From Spirochaetaceae bacterium UBA6076 (GTDB lineage: Bacteria; Spirochaetota; Spirochaetia; Treponematales; Rectinemataceae), in assembly GCA_002428725.1 (NCBI GenBank), contig DIXQ01000021.1, forward strand, positions 27,097 to 91,096: DNA of 64,000 nucleotides. Direction: 5' to 3'. How positions within the stretch are numbered: position 1 is the stretch's first letter; the number at the start of each line of letters is the position of its first letter. Under the pieces are notes generated by a model. The model was not told where the DNA came from, did not search any database, and saw only the letters and a program-made list of their open reading frames with translations. This document shows, piece after piece, positions 54,170 to 63,770 of the stretch. The position numbers and the translations under genes were made by a program.

Positions 54170-55264
54170 TTGCCTCTGCCGGAGTACCATTGGAGGGTGA
54201 CAAACAGAATAGAGGCTATACGCAACCGCCTGCACCAACTCGACGAACAGGTGGCGGACCCGCAGATTTTTCGCGATCAATCCGCATATAGGGAGATCAT
54301 GCGCGAACGGGCTCGATTGAGCGAAATCGACGAAGCCCAGAAACGCTTCGATGAGCTTTTATCCCAGATCGCCGATGCCCAGTCCATGCTCGCCGCTGAA
54401 TCCGATCCCGAGATTCTCGCCTTAGCCCAGGATGAGCTGGACCTCCTGGAGGCAAAAAAAGATGGGCTTGAAAGCACTCTGCAGGAATTGCTGGCACCTA
54501 GGGATCCTCTGGCCGACAAGCCGGTGATCATGGAAATCCGTGCCGGCACCGGGGGCGAGGAAGCAGCCCTCTTTGCGGCGGATCTCTTTAGGATGTACTC
54601 TCGCTATGCCGATTCCCTGGGCTGGCGCACCGAGGTAATGAGCGAAAACGCCACGGAGTTGGGCGGTTTAAAGGAAATTGTTTTTTCTGTAAATGGAAAC
54701 GCGGTCTACGAGCGGCTACGCTGGGAATCGGGAGTCCACAGGGTTCAGCGCGTGCCCAGCACCGAGGGTTCCGGTAGGATCCACACCTCCGCTGTTACCG
54801 TCGCCGTGCTTCCCGAAATGGAAGAAACAGAAATCGAGATCAGGCCTGAAGACCTCAGGGTGGATGTCATGCGCTCCGGTGGCCCCGGCGGGCAGAGCGT
54901 CAACACCACCGACTCTGCGGTACGTCTTACCCATCTTCCCACAGGGCTTGTTGTCCATTGTCAGGATGAAAAGAGTCAGATTAAGAATAGGGCTAAGGCG
55001 TTGCGAATCCTGCGGGCAAGGCTTTTCGAGATGGAAGAAGCCAAGCTCCAAGCCGAGCGATCGGCGGAGCGCAAAAGTCAGGTTGGTACGGGAGAACGTT
55101 CCGAGCGGATCAGAACCTATAATTTCCCCCAAAACAGGCTTACGGATCATAGGATCGACCTTACCCTCTACAAGCTCGACCTCATAATGGAAGGCGATAT
55201 CGCCGAGCTTGTGGACGCCCTGGTCTTGGACGCTCGGCAAAGGGCTCTCGACGAGGGACTCTGA
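54170..55264 (+). CDS. prfA: Peptide chain release factor 1
   Basis: The GGQ motif is [23 protein letters not shown]. The PxT-type tripeptide is in [17 protein letters not shown]. The start codon is uncertain (TTG 54170 or GTG 54197). Confidence 0.9.
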   Translation: MPLPEYHWRVTNRIEAIRNRLHQLDEQVADPQIFRDQSAYREIMRERARLSEIDEAQKRFDELLSQIADAQSMLAAESDPEILALAQDELDLLEAKKDGLESTLQELLAPRDPLADKPVIMEIRAGTGGEEAALFAADLFRMYSRYADSLGWRTEVMSENATELGGLKEIVFSVNGNAVYERLRWESGVHRVQRVPSTEGSGRIHTSAVTVAVLPEMEETEIEIRPEDLRVDVMRSGGPGGQSVNTTDSAVRLTHLPTGLVVHCQDEKSQIKNRAKALRILRARLFEMEEAKLQAERSAERKSQVGTGERSERIRTYNFPQNRLTDHRIDLTLYKLDLIMEGDIAELVDALVLDARQRALDEGL

Positions 55265-56238
55265 TGCCCCTTCCACCCTCGCACGAGCTTCGGAGCTCCT
55301 CCACACCAGCCATTGCCTCTGGCGTCGAGCTTTCATCCTCGCGGGAGCTTTGGAGCGTCGGCGAATTCCTAGCCGCCCGGGCTGCGGAAAATAAAAAAAG
55401 CAGCACCCCTTTTTTAGATGCCTGTCTCATAGTGGCTTTCAGCATGGGAATCAGCAAGGACAGGCTTTTGGCTTCCCTAAGCGACTCAGCTGATTCCATT
55501 CCTGGGGATTTCAACCTTGCCTGGGAGCGTCGGCTAGCGGGCGAGAGCGTGGCATCGATTATCGGCGAAAAAGAATTCTACGGGCGAAAATTTTTTGTGG
55601 ACCAGCGAGTCTTGATTCCACGGCCAGATACAGAGATTCTCGTGTCCACGGCGCTGGAACTGGGCGACAGCCGCGCTGCCTTTGTCCGGAGCGAAACGGG
55701 GTCTTCGGAAGTATCGGTAGTCGATGTCTGCACAGGCTCGGGCGCTATAGCCATAAGCCTCGCCGCCGAGCGACCTGAATGGAGCCTCTGGGCTACCGAC
55801 ATTTCCCAGAAAGCCCTGGAGGTAGCTCGACTCAATAGCAGGCGAATCCTTGGCAGAGAACTGCCAATGATCCAAGCCGACCTTTTAGAAGGCATTGAAA
55901 AAAACCCCGGCTCCGCAGCAATTCTGGGGTCCGGCTGGGACATGATCGTTTCCAATCCGCCCTATCTTTTAAGTTCAGAGACCGAGCAACTGATAGCTGA
56001 CGGCTGGACTGAACCCCCTCTTGCCCTGGACGGCGGCCCCGACGGGCTGGTGATCGTTCGCCGCCTTATTGCCCAGGCATCTGCCTGGCTCAAGCCCGGC
56101 GGGTTTCTTTTAATAGAAACTGATGCTTTGCAGATTGAGAAAGTTCGTGTTATGTTCGAAACAGAGGGATTCAGTGAGATTCGCGTCTGGAAGGATCTTG
56201 CCGGACTGCCCAGGGTCAGCTCCGGAAAAGCGCCCTAA
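55264..56238 (+). CDS. prmC: Release factor glutamine N5-methyltransferase (HemK/PrmC)
   Basis: The SAM motif is VVDVCTGSGAIAI and the catalytic motif is IVSNPPYL. It lies immediately after prfA, with a TGATG junction. Confidence 0.85.
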   Translation: MPLPPSHELRSSSTPAIASGVELSSSRELWSVGEFLAARAAENKKSSTPFLDACLIVAFSMGISKDRLLASLSDSADSIPGDFNLAWERRLAGESVASIIGEKEFYGRKFFVDQRVLIPRPDTEILVSTALELGDSRAAFVRSETGSSEVSVVDVCTGSGAIAISLAAERPEWSLWATDISQKALEVARLNSRRILGRELPMIQADLLEGIEKNPGSAAILGSGWDMIVSNPPYLLSSETEQLIADGWTEPPLALDGGPDGLVIVRRLIAQASAWLKPGGFLLIETDALQIEKVRVMFETEGFSEIRVWKDLAGLPRVSSGKAP

Positions 56239-56249
56239 AAGAGGGGAAG

Positions 56250-58508
56250 ATGGACGAGTCAAGCCTTCAATTTTTAGCTAAATCAAGCCAGACCTTCGGC
56301 ACCGAAGGGGCTTCCATACTGGAAAAAGCCCTGGATTGGGCTAAGCATAAGCATGGTATTTCCCTAAGGGCTTCCGGCGAGGCTGCATGGGCTCATGATC
56401 TCAGGGTGGCTTCCACGCTTTTGGATATGGGGCTGGATTTAGATTCTATCGTTGCCGCGTTGATTCACGACTGTACGGAAAACCGTAGCTCAGGCTTTAG
56501 GCACCAGCAAGGAACTGAGGAACGAGTCCCACGAGCTGATGGGGTCGCGTCGATTCAAAACGGCGAGGGTACAGCAGAAACCGCCCTTCAATCTAAAACT
56601 CAAAGCAGAAAACTGGCAAAGCAGGAAAAGAAGGGCGAGGAAAAAAAGCGGGAAACCCGGCTAAAGGCGCTGGTTGCGTCTTTGGACGAAGAAATCGTCG
56701 AAACCTTTGGTTCCGATGCGGCGAAGATTGTGGCTGGCGTGGCTAGGCTTTCAACGGTCAGGGCCAAGAACAAAACTGTCCAGGCCGCAGAAACCATGCG
56801 GAAGATGCTCTTTGCGATGACCGGGGATATCAGGGTCATCATCGTCAAGCTGGCGGATAAATTGGACAGCATGCGCACCCTCAGGTATCTGCCCGAGGAA
56901 CGACAGAAAACCATAGCCGCCGAAACCCTGGATATTTTCGCCCCTCTGGCGGACAGGCTGGGTATTTCCTGGCTGAAGGACGAGCTGGAGGATCTTGCCC
57001 TGAAGGTGCTGAACCGAGAGGTCTTCGATCAAATCCGGGAAATCGTATCCAAGAAGAAGGCTACCAGGGAAAAATTCCTAGCCCGGGTGAGCGAGGATAT
57101 CCGCAGGGCTTCGCTCAAGGAAGGCATTGCAGTCGAGATAAGCTCGAGGGCGAAGCATTTTTATTCCATATATCAAAAAATGCGCAAAAAGGGCAGACCA
57201 GCCGAGGAACTCTACGACTTGATGGGTTTGCGGCTGATTTGCGATACCGATAACGAATGCTACTCGCTCTTAGGTCTGGTGCACCGGCTTTGGAAGCCCA
57301 TAGAAGGCCGTTTCAAGGATTACATTGCCATGCCCAAGGCCAATGGGTATCGAAGCCTCCATACCACGGTCATGTGCTACGACGGCCAGCTATTGGAAGT
57401 GCAGATACGCACTAAGCTCATGCATTCCATAGCTGAGTTCGGCGTGGCCTCTCACTGGCTCTATAAAAAGGGTACGGGAGCTGAGAGGCCTAGCCTGGAG
57501 CAGCTGCCTATTGTCAACAGGCTTAAGCAATGGAACGAGTTTCTCGCCCAGAGCGCCGAATACCTGGATGAGATAAAAAGGGAACTGCTCAAGGATTCCA
57601 TATTTGTCTTTACTCCCCAGGGCGATGTTATAGAGCTGCCCGCCGGGGCTACTGCTATCGATTTCGCCTTCGCTATCCATTCGGATATCGGCGCTCACTG
57701 CGTCGGCGCCAAGGCTGACGGGGCGATCATCTCCCTGGATGCGGAGCTTAAAAACACCCAGTTGGTGGAAATACTCACATCGCCGCTGGCAAAGCCCAAT
57801 ATTAACTGGCTCAAGCTAGCCCACACCTCCAAGGCTAGGTCCAAGATCCGTGCGATTTTGGTCCAAAGCGGCCAGGTTTTAGCTATCGACAAGAGCATTA
57901 TCGTTGGCAAGAAGCAGGAAAAGGAAAAAGCCGAGGATAAGCTGAAGGAACAAGAAGCGCAGGAAGAAGCGAGGCTTCAGGCTGAAAAGGCAGCAGCCGG
58001 CGTCGGCGTGGAGCACGGCCGCACGGAAATGGAGTTCCGCAGCATCAAGCCGCAGAACGCGCTCTCAAGCGACCGAGCGGGGCTTTCGGTCGATGGGGCC
58101 CATAATATGCTGATCCGCATCGCCGGCTGCTGCCGACCTGTAACGGGAGATCCTATTGTAGGCTATATTTCCCGGGGTCGGGGGGTAATTATCCATCGAG
58201 CCGACTGCAAGACTATCGCGGCGGTGGCCGATTTCGAGCAGAGGAAAATTGAAGTCCGCTGGGAAGATGCCTCGCAATGCACTGCCCGCTACAGGGTTTC
58301 CACAAAAATGGTGCCCGATATTTTCTCAGAAATAGAATCCGCAGTGCGCAAGTTTTCTGGCCGCTTGCGGGAAGGCAAGCTGGGTGAACGGGGTGACGGG
58401 AATCTCTCTGGGTTCTTTATTCTTGAAGCCGATTCCAGGGAAGATCTTAAAAAAATCAGCAAGTCGCTTCGCGGGCTGCCAAGCATACTTTCGTTGGAAG
58501 AGGATTGA
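56250..58508 (+). CDS. rel: RelA/SpoT-homologue (p)ppGpp synthetase/hydrolase with TGS and ACT domains
   Basis: The HD region is SGEAAWAHDLRVA...ALIHDCTEN. Synthetase motifs are RAKHFYSIYQKM, DLMGLRLIC, YRSLHTTV and LEVQIRT. A TGS domain (VFTPQGDVIELPAGATAIDFA) and a C-terminal ACT-like domain are present. Confidence 0.9.
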   Translation: MDESSLQFLAKSSQTFGTEGASILEKALDWAKHKHGISLRASGEAAWAHDLRVASTLLDMGLDLDSIVAALIHDCTENRSSGFRHQQGTEERVPRADGVASIQNGEGTAETALQSKTQSRKLAKQEKKGEEKKRETRLKALVASLDEEIVETFGSDAAKIVAGVARLSTVRAKNKTVQAAETMRKMLFAMTGDIRVIIVKLADKLDSMRTLRYLPEERQKTIAAETLDIFAPLADRLGISWLKDELEDLALKVLNREVFDQIREIVSKKKATREKFLARVSEDIRRASLKEGIAVEISSRAKHFYSIYQKMRKKGRPAEELYDLMGLRLICDTDNECYSLLGLVHRLWKPIEGRFKDYIAMPKANGYRSLHTTVMCYDGQLLEVQIRTKLMHSIAEFGVASHWLYKKGTGAERPSLEQLPIVNRLKQWNEFLAQSAEYLDEIKRELLKDSIFVFTPQGDVIELPAGATAIDFAFAIHSDIGAHCVGAKADGAIISLDAELKNTQLVEILTSPLAKPNINWLKLAHTSKARSKIRAILVQSGQVLAIDKSIIVGKKQEKEKAEDKLKEQEAQEEARLQAEKAAAGVGVEHGRTEMEFRSIKPQNALSSDRAGLSVDGAHNMLIRIAGCCRPVTGDPIVGYISRGRGVIIHRADCKTIAAVADFEQRKIEVRWEDASQCTARYRVSTKMVPDIFSEIESAVRKFSGRLREGKLGERGDGNLSGFFILEADSREDLKKISKSLRGLPSILSLEED

Positions 58509-58538
58509 ATTTTAGCAGTCCGTGCCAACCTAGCCGAG

Positions 58539-59993
58539 CTATTTCCACCAGAATGCGTTTTGAGCGCTGATCAATTCGAAGCCATAGTTGTCGAAATACT
58601 TCTTCTTTGCCGCATAATCTTCGGGATTAATGCGTATCGAGACAATCTCCAGATTCTTCATGAGATACTCGTCTGCGAAGCTGGTTATGTCTTTCGAGCT
58701 TAAGGCCTGGATCGATTTATTCTCTGTCTGAAAGCCCTTGATTCCCTCCAATAGCCAAGAGTCCATTAAATACAAAACAGCAGGCTGGGAATTTTCTTGC
58801 TGCGGGAGCGCGGAGAGCGATGCTTTTGCGTTCTTATACTCAATGTCTGAAAAATAGCCGGAATTCGTTTTCATAGCGTACATTTCGGTCCCACGCACGA
58901 TTTCCTTAAAAGCCAGGACCGTATCCGCGGGATTCGTCAAATCTTTGATCACGATCGTCGTGGAAAGGGAGAACCAGGAGCTGCTTCGCCTAGCCTGGTA
59001 ACGGACTTCAGGTGTGGTTGATGCTGAATTCTTGGGCATGCCCTTAGACAGAGCCTTTGCCAGTCTTGAATCGGGCTGGGAGAGCATCTGAGCCCAAAGT
59101 CGGACAGCCGGGGAACGCAAGGTGCCCACATCTGGTCCCCGATACCGCATTTCCAAGACTGCATAGCCTTTGCGCTGAGTAGGATCGGGATAGACCATCA
59201 GCGTAGGCCTGGTCACTCCAGGTTTTGGCATGGCTGTCAAGGCTGTTTTCCAAGGATCATCGGCTTTTTTCCACGAAGCGAATGCCGAAGCAATTAGCGG
59301 TTTTGCCGCTTCAGGATCGATGTCCCCGGCTACCAGCAGGGCAGCATTGTTAGGTATGAGCCATCGAGAGGAAAGGGATTTGAGCAGCGTACTGCTCGCC
59401 TCCTTGAGCGTTTTTTCTGACCCTATGGTATCGAGCCGCCAGGGGGCTGTAGAAAATAGTTTTTTTGCCAACGCGTATTCATATATCTCGGCTGGAGTGG
59501 ATCTAGCCACTTCCTGCATTGCGAGGGCAGCGTTTTTTGCTTCCACCAAGGCCGCTGTATCCGAAAGGGCTGTCTCCAGCCTAAGACCCGAGAAGAGATA
59601 GGAGAGGGTATTCAAACCCTGATCGAGAAGGTCCGGAGAAAGGCTGAAGGCAAAGGCAAAGCGGTCAGTCTGGGTTCCTCCGTCGAAGGCTGAAGCCTCC
59701 AGGGCTTCAAGGGCTCCGGCAGGTTCTGGCTCGCCGGGCTCGGAGGCCTTTCCCCTGAAGAGCAGCTGTTCCAGTAGTCCGAAATATCCTGCGTTCGCGC
59801 TTGTCTGCACCTCGGCGCCGCCTTTGAATACAATCCCCATGGAAAGTTCGCCGGAGCCAGGAAGTGGCAGCAGAACCACATCCAGGCCGTTGTCGAGGGT
59901 ATAGGCTGTCAAAGGGGTTTCTGCCCCGAGTTCTAATAAGGCAATCAGGGTAAAAATAATATAAAGGATTGGGTGACGATGTTTGCTCTTCAT
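58539..59993 (-). CDS. Secreted M16 (pitrilysin)-family homologue lacking the HxxEH zinc motif
   Basis: There is a signal/TM segment. The sequence YTLDNGLDVVLLP...GYFGLLEQLLFRG sits where active M16 enzymes have H.LEH.LF.G. Confidence 0.65.
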   Translation of the reverse strand: MKSKHRHPILYIIFTLIALLELGAETPLTAYTLDNGLDVVLLPLPGSGELSMGIVFKGGAEVQTSANAGYFGLLEQLLFRGKASEPGEPEPAGALEALEASAFDGGTQTDRFAFAFSLSPDLLDQGLNTLSYLFSGLRLETALSDTAALVEAKNAALAMQEVARSTPAEIYEYALAKKLFSTAPWRLDTIGSEKTLKEASSTLLKSLSSRWLIPNNAALLVAGDIDPEAAKPLIASAFASWKKADDPWKTALTAMPKPGVTRPTLMVYPDPTQRKGYAVLEMRYRGPDVGTLRSPAVRLWAQMLSQPDSRLAKALSKGMPKNSASTTPEVRYQARRSSSWFSLSTTIVIKDLTNPADTVLAFKEIVRGTEMYAMKTNSGYFSDIEYKNAKASLSALPQQENSQPAVLYLMDSWLLEGIKGFQTENKSIQALSSKDITSFADEYLMKNLEIVSIRINPEDYAAKKKYFDNYGFELISAQNAFWWK

Positions 59994-60168
59994 CGTTGAA
60001 TACTAGAAAAGCAAGCTGTCTCTGTCAACCTGAACTTAGTTCCTCAAAGCTTGTTGTAAACGAAAAAGCCCTTTAGTTTTGGTGGAAGGATGGTACAGGT
60101 TGTTCCTTGCGCCTGGATTATTCCAAGATTACTATGAAGACGACCAAAAAAAACAGGAGATTTTAGAA

Positions 60169-61548
60169 ATGGCCAAAGCATTGGGCAGCCGGCTCGTTGC
60201 AGAACAAAAAACGTGGACTATGGCATCATACGGGGTTGGGAAGTTCCTTGCCGAGTTCCTTACCGGAGCTTTCGCCTCCCTGGTGTTCAAATTCTACGAA
60301 ACAGAGATGGGGCTTTCGGCTGGGTTGGTCGCCTTGGCGGTAATCCTTTACTCGATATGGAATGCCGTCAATGATCCTCTTATCGGTTACCTGAGTTCCA
60401 GGCCTACGCCACTTGCCAAAAAATACGGCCGCCGCTTTCCCTGGATTGTTATCGGCACCCTTAGTTGCTCCCTGGCCTTTGTTTTCGTGTTCGCCGCTCC
60501 CAAAAGCTCTCCAGGCCTAATTTTTCTCTGGCTTTTGGTCTCAATTTGCATCTACGATTTGCTCTATTCGACCTGGGAGGTCAACTATCAATCCTTGTTT
60601 CCCGACAGGTTCAGATCCGAAGGCTCCAGAGCTAAGGCTGCGGGCATCGGAACTCTGATCGGTGTATTCGGCGTGGCCGGAGGAGCGGTGCTGCCTACCC
60701 TCATTGTGCGCTATGGTGAACCGGCCAGTTACTTGGTCAACGCTCTTGTCTTTGCCGGTATGGCGCTGGGGGCTTCTTTTTTAATGTTCCCTGGCACCAG
60801 GGAGACTGAGGAGATGATTGGGCGCTATCTGCGCCAGGAGGCCGAGAGAAAACAAAAACCTTCGTTTTTTCCCCAGCTTAAGGAAGCACTGGGCTCCCGC
60901 AATTTCTTGGCTTTCATCATTCTATATTTTTTCTATCAATCCGCGACCATATCTATGACCGCGTCGATACACTATGTGGGCGATTATATCCTGGGTGGAA
61001 GAAGCACTACCTTTATTTTTGCGGGGATGCTTTTAGGTGCCCTGACTGGTATACCACTATGGCTGGGTTTGCGTAAGAAAATCTCCTCTAATCAGGCACT
61101 CCTCGCTTCGGCAGCGGGCAGCCTCGCTCTATTTTGCCTTCCACTGATGTTTGTCCGAAGTTATTCGGGCTTTGTCATAGCTATGTTCGTCTGGGGCTTG
61201 GGTTTCGGAGGTTTTTGGATGCTCATGACTCCTGCCTTGGCAGACGTGATCGACGAGATTGTGGTCAAGACCGGCAAGCGCGACGATGGTGTCTATATAG
61301 GGTTTAGGGCGCTCGCGGGCAGACTGGCCTACGCTGTGCAGGCGCTTTCATTTTGGATTGTCCACAGTCTCACAAGATTCGCCCAGGAACCACGATCGGA
61401 TTTATCCCAGATGGGCATTCGTCTCCACACTGCCCTGATTCCCGCTTGCCTGTTGGTAGTGGGGCTCTTGGTATTTCTATCCCTAAACAAATTAAATCCC
61501 GAAACACTTGGGAAATACCGGGAAAGTCTAAAGAAAAGGGGTTTATAG
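60169..61548 (+). CDS. GPH/MFS-type (glycoside-pentoside-hexuronide-like) cation symporter
   Basis: About 12 TM helices. The N-terminal pattern YGVGKF...FYETEMGLSAGLVALAVILYSIWNAVNDPLIGYLSSR is typical of GPH carriers. I set the start at ATG 60169, after AGGAG. Confidence 0.7.
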   Translation: MAKALGSRLVAEQKTWTMASYGVGKFLAEFLTGAFASLVFKFYETEMGLSAGLVALAVILYSIWNAVNDPLIGYLSSRPTPLAKKYGRRFPWIVIGTLSCSLAFVFVFAAPKSSPGLIFLWLLVSICIYDLLYSTWEVNYQSLFPDRFRSEGSRAKAAGIGTLIGVFGVAGGAVLPTLIVRYGEPASYLVNALVFAGMALGASFLMFPGTRETEEMIGRYLRQEAERKQKPSFFPQLKEALGSRNFLAFIILYFFYQSATISMTASIHYVGDYILGGRSTTFIFAGMLLGALTGIPLWLGLRKKISSNQALLASAAGSLALFCLPLMFVRSYSGFVIAMFVWGLGFGGFWMLMTPALADVIDEIVVKTGKRDDGVYIGFRALAGRLAYAVQALSFWIVHSLTRFAQEPRSDLSQMGIRLHTALIPACLLVVGLLVFLSLNKLNPETLGKYRESLKKRGL

Positions 61549-61571
61549 TAAGGCAGCTTCGCTATAGGCCG

Positions 61572-61901
61572 CTATAAGCCGCTGAAAAACTCGCTCTTTG
61601 CCCTTTCCCAGAGCATGGAAAGTTCTTCCTTTGTATAGCCTCTTTGATTGATCTGAGGATCTTGAAGGAGTTTCCAAGGTTCGGTATCCAGCGCCTTGCT
61701 CAATTTTTCCAAAGAGGTAGGGGAGACCCAGCTTTTTCCCCGTTCGAGGTTGGCGATAAACCCCGAACTCAAGCCAGCACGATCGGCTAAGCCTTCCTGG
61801 GACAAATGAAGAAAGGTTCTTCGCATAATAAGATTGCGGGCAAGACATTCTCGGATATAGTCCATTGACAATACCATACCCGATGCTCGTTTTTTCACCA
61901 T
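61572..61901 (-). CDS. XRE-family HTH transcriptional regulator
   Basis: The sequence RRTFLHLSQEGLADRAGLSSGFIANLERGKSWVSPTSLEKLSKAL supports the call. Confidence 0.7.
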   Translation of the reverse strand: MVKKRASGMVLSMDYIRECLARNLIMRRTFLHLSQEGLADRAGLSSGFIANLERGKSWVSPTSLEKLSKALDTEPWKLLQDPQINQRGYTKEELSMLWERAKSEFFSGL

Positions 61902-62107
61902 TTACCACGCGAGAGTTTTTTGCCTTCTAATAGAAAGGATAATCTGCCTAAATGCTTAAAGTGGACGGGTTTTAAGACCTGGCGCCAATGAAGGGCAGTT
62001 CTTCTTCATGTTTTGGGCATCCACTGTTTTGAAGATTAGGCTTGCTTTTGCTCCGCTTTAATTCAACCTTCGTTGACCAGCTGTTCATGGGCGCATAGTA
62101 TTGATCT

Positions 62108-63526
62108 ATGTTTGAAGCCATTGTCTACAGCGAGCGCCGAGCTCGGCTTTGCGCTCTTTTACGGGAAAAAGGGACGAAAGGGCTTATCCTTCTGGCCGCT
62201 CATTCACAAAGCCCGATCAATTATCCATCAAATTCCTATCCGTTCAGGCAGGATTCTAACTGGCTCTACTACATCGGCTTAAACGAACCCGATATGGCTG
62301 CTCTTATCGATATCGATGATGGCCAGGCAAGGCTTTTTACCGACGAGCTGTCCATGGACGACATGATATGGACCGGTCCCCGTCCTTCCCTTGCCGAACA
62401 ATCCCTAGCTGTCGGGATTGCTGAGGTTCTTCCCCTGGATTCCCTGCGCCAGACTGTGGAAACAAGGCTTGGGTATCTCGATGATTCTCATATTCAGAAG
62501 GATTTGCTCGTTCCTCCCCTATGCCGTCTTGAGACCAAGGCATGGCTTGAGGTCCGTCTGGGGCTTCCAAGAGGCGCCATGGAGCGTGGGGAGTGCAAAG
62601 CCTTGATCTTTTCGATCATCGCCATGAGGGAAATTAAGGAGGAAAGGGAGATTATCGAAATCGAAAAGGCTGTGGGGGTCAGTGTGGAGATGCACCGCAG
62701 CCTGATCGCGGCACTGCGGCCTGGCTGGACCGAGTACGAAGCCGCCGCCCTGGTTCGGTACACCGCCGAACAAAGAGGTTGCAGCCTTAGTTTTGCCACC
62801 ATTGCAACCCAGAGCGGGGAGGTCCTTCACAATCATGTGAGCCAAGCTCTCTGCCGTGAGGGCGCGGTCTTTCTTCTGGATGCTGGGGCAGAGGTCCCTT
62901 CGGGTTACGCGGGGGATCTTACCAGCAGTTTTCCTGTCGGAAAGGTTTTCAGCCCGAGACAGGCCAACCTCTATACGCTTCTCTACAAGGTATTAAGGGG
63001 CACGACCGCGGCGTTGGGGAAAGGCAAGAATTTCGGCGAAGTTCATACAACATCGGCACTTCTTATCGCCGCAGGACTCAAGGAATTGGGAATTATGAAG
63101 GGCGATCCTGCCGAGGCGGTGGAAGCGGGAGCCCATGCCCTCTTTTACCCCCATGGCATAGGTCACATGATAGGTTTAGACGTCCACGACATGGAGGGCT
63201 TAGGTGAGGATAGGGTGGGGTACGCCGACAAACCCAGGAGTACTCAATTCGGCCTGAGATCCCTGCGTCTGGCAAAGCCGCTCAAGCCGGGCATGGTGCA
63301 CTCCGTAGAACCGGGCATTTACTTTATTCCAGGACTCATCGATAAATGGCAAGCCGAGGGGCTGCATGATTCTTTCATCGATTATCAGAGGCTAAAAGCA
63401 TGGCGGGGATGCGGTGGCATGCGTATTGAGGAGGACTGGCTTATGACTGAAAAAGGTCCTCGAAGGTTGGGGCCCGCATTCGACAAGGGGCTCGAGGCTG
63501 TTGAAAGCGCCAGGAGGGACATATGA
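62108..63526 (+). CDS. pepP: Xaa-Pro aminopeptidase (M24B)
   Basis: The AMP_N-type N-domain reads YPFRQDSNWLYYIGLNEPD. Metal-ligand motifs are HGIGHMIGLDVHD, VEPGIY and GGMRIEEDW. Confidence 0.85.
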   Translation: MFEAIVYSERRARLCALLREKGTKGLILLAAHSQSPINYPSNSYPFRQDSNWLYYIGLNEPDMAALIDIDDGQARLFTDELSMDDMIWTGPRPSLAEQSLAVGIAEVLPLDSLRQTVETRLGYLDDSHIQKDLLVPPLCRLETKAWLEVRLGLPRGAMERGECKALIFSIIAMREIKEEREIIEIEKAVGVSVEMHRSLIAALRPGWTEYEAAALVRYTAEQRGCSLSFATIATQSGEVLHNHVSQALCREGAVFLLDAGAEVPSGYAGDLTSSFPVGKVFSPRQANLYTLLYKVLRGTTAALGKGKNFGEVHTTSALLIAAGLKELGIMKGDPAEAVEAGAHALFYPHGIGHMIGLDVHDMEGLGEDRVGYADKPRSTQFGLRSLRLAKPLKPGMVHSVEPGIYFIPGLIDKWQAEGLHDSFIDYQRLKAWRGCGGMRIEEDWLMTEKGPRRLGPAFDKGLEAVESARRDI

Positions 63527-63750
63527 AAACTGTTTTTACGTCGACCTTTCAAGATGAGGCGATGGTAGTGTTGAGCATCCTGCGTTCTGGCGGCGTCGAG
63601 GGCGAACTTATGGCTAATTCAATGTTCAATGTTAACCCACTCTTCGTCACGGATATCCGGGGTGTCAGCGTTGTCGTGTCAGATGAGCAAGAGGCCGATG
63701 CCCTGGCTTTGGTAAGAACCTATAAGAGCAAAAATACCCAGAGCGGGTAA
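63523..63750 (+). CDS. Small hypothetical protein (DUF2007-like?)
   Basis: 75 aa, with a 4-nt overlap with pepP. The N-terminal sequence FTSTFQDEAMVVLSILRSGGVEGEL resembles DUF2007, but this is weak. Confidence 0.4.
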   Translation: MKTVFTSTFQDEAMVVLSILRSGGVEGELMANSMFNVNPLFVTDIRGVSVVVSDEQEADALALVRTYKSKNTQSG

Positions 63751-63770
63751 TCAAAAATCCGCTTAGGGAA

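Noticed and set aside
53705-54280. 191-aa minus-strand ORF spanning the serS/prfA intergenic region
   Set aside because: It overlaps the serS start, the DUF2917-like gene (which has a good RBS) and the prfA start. No motif was recognised.
61543-61908. 121-aa alternative-frame ORF overlapping the XRE regulator gene
   Set aside because: The other frame (61572-61901) contains a clear XRE HTH. This frame has no motif.
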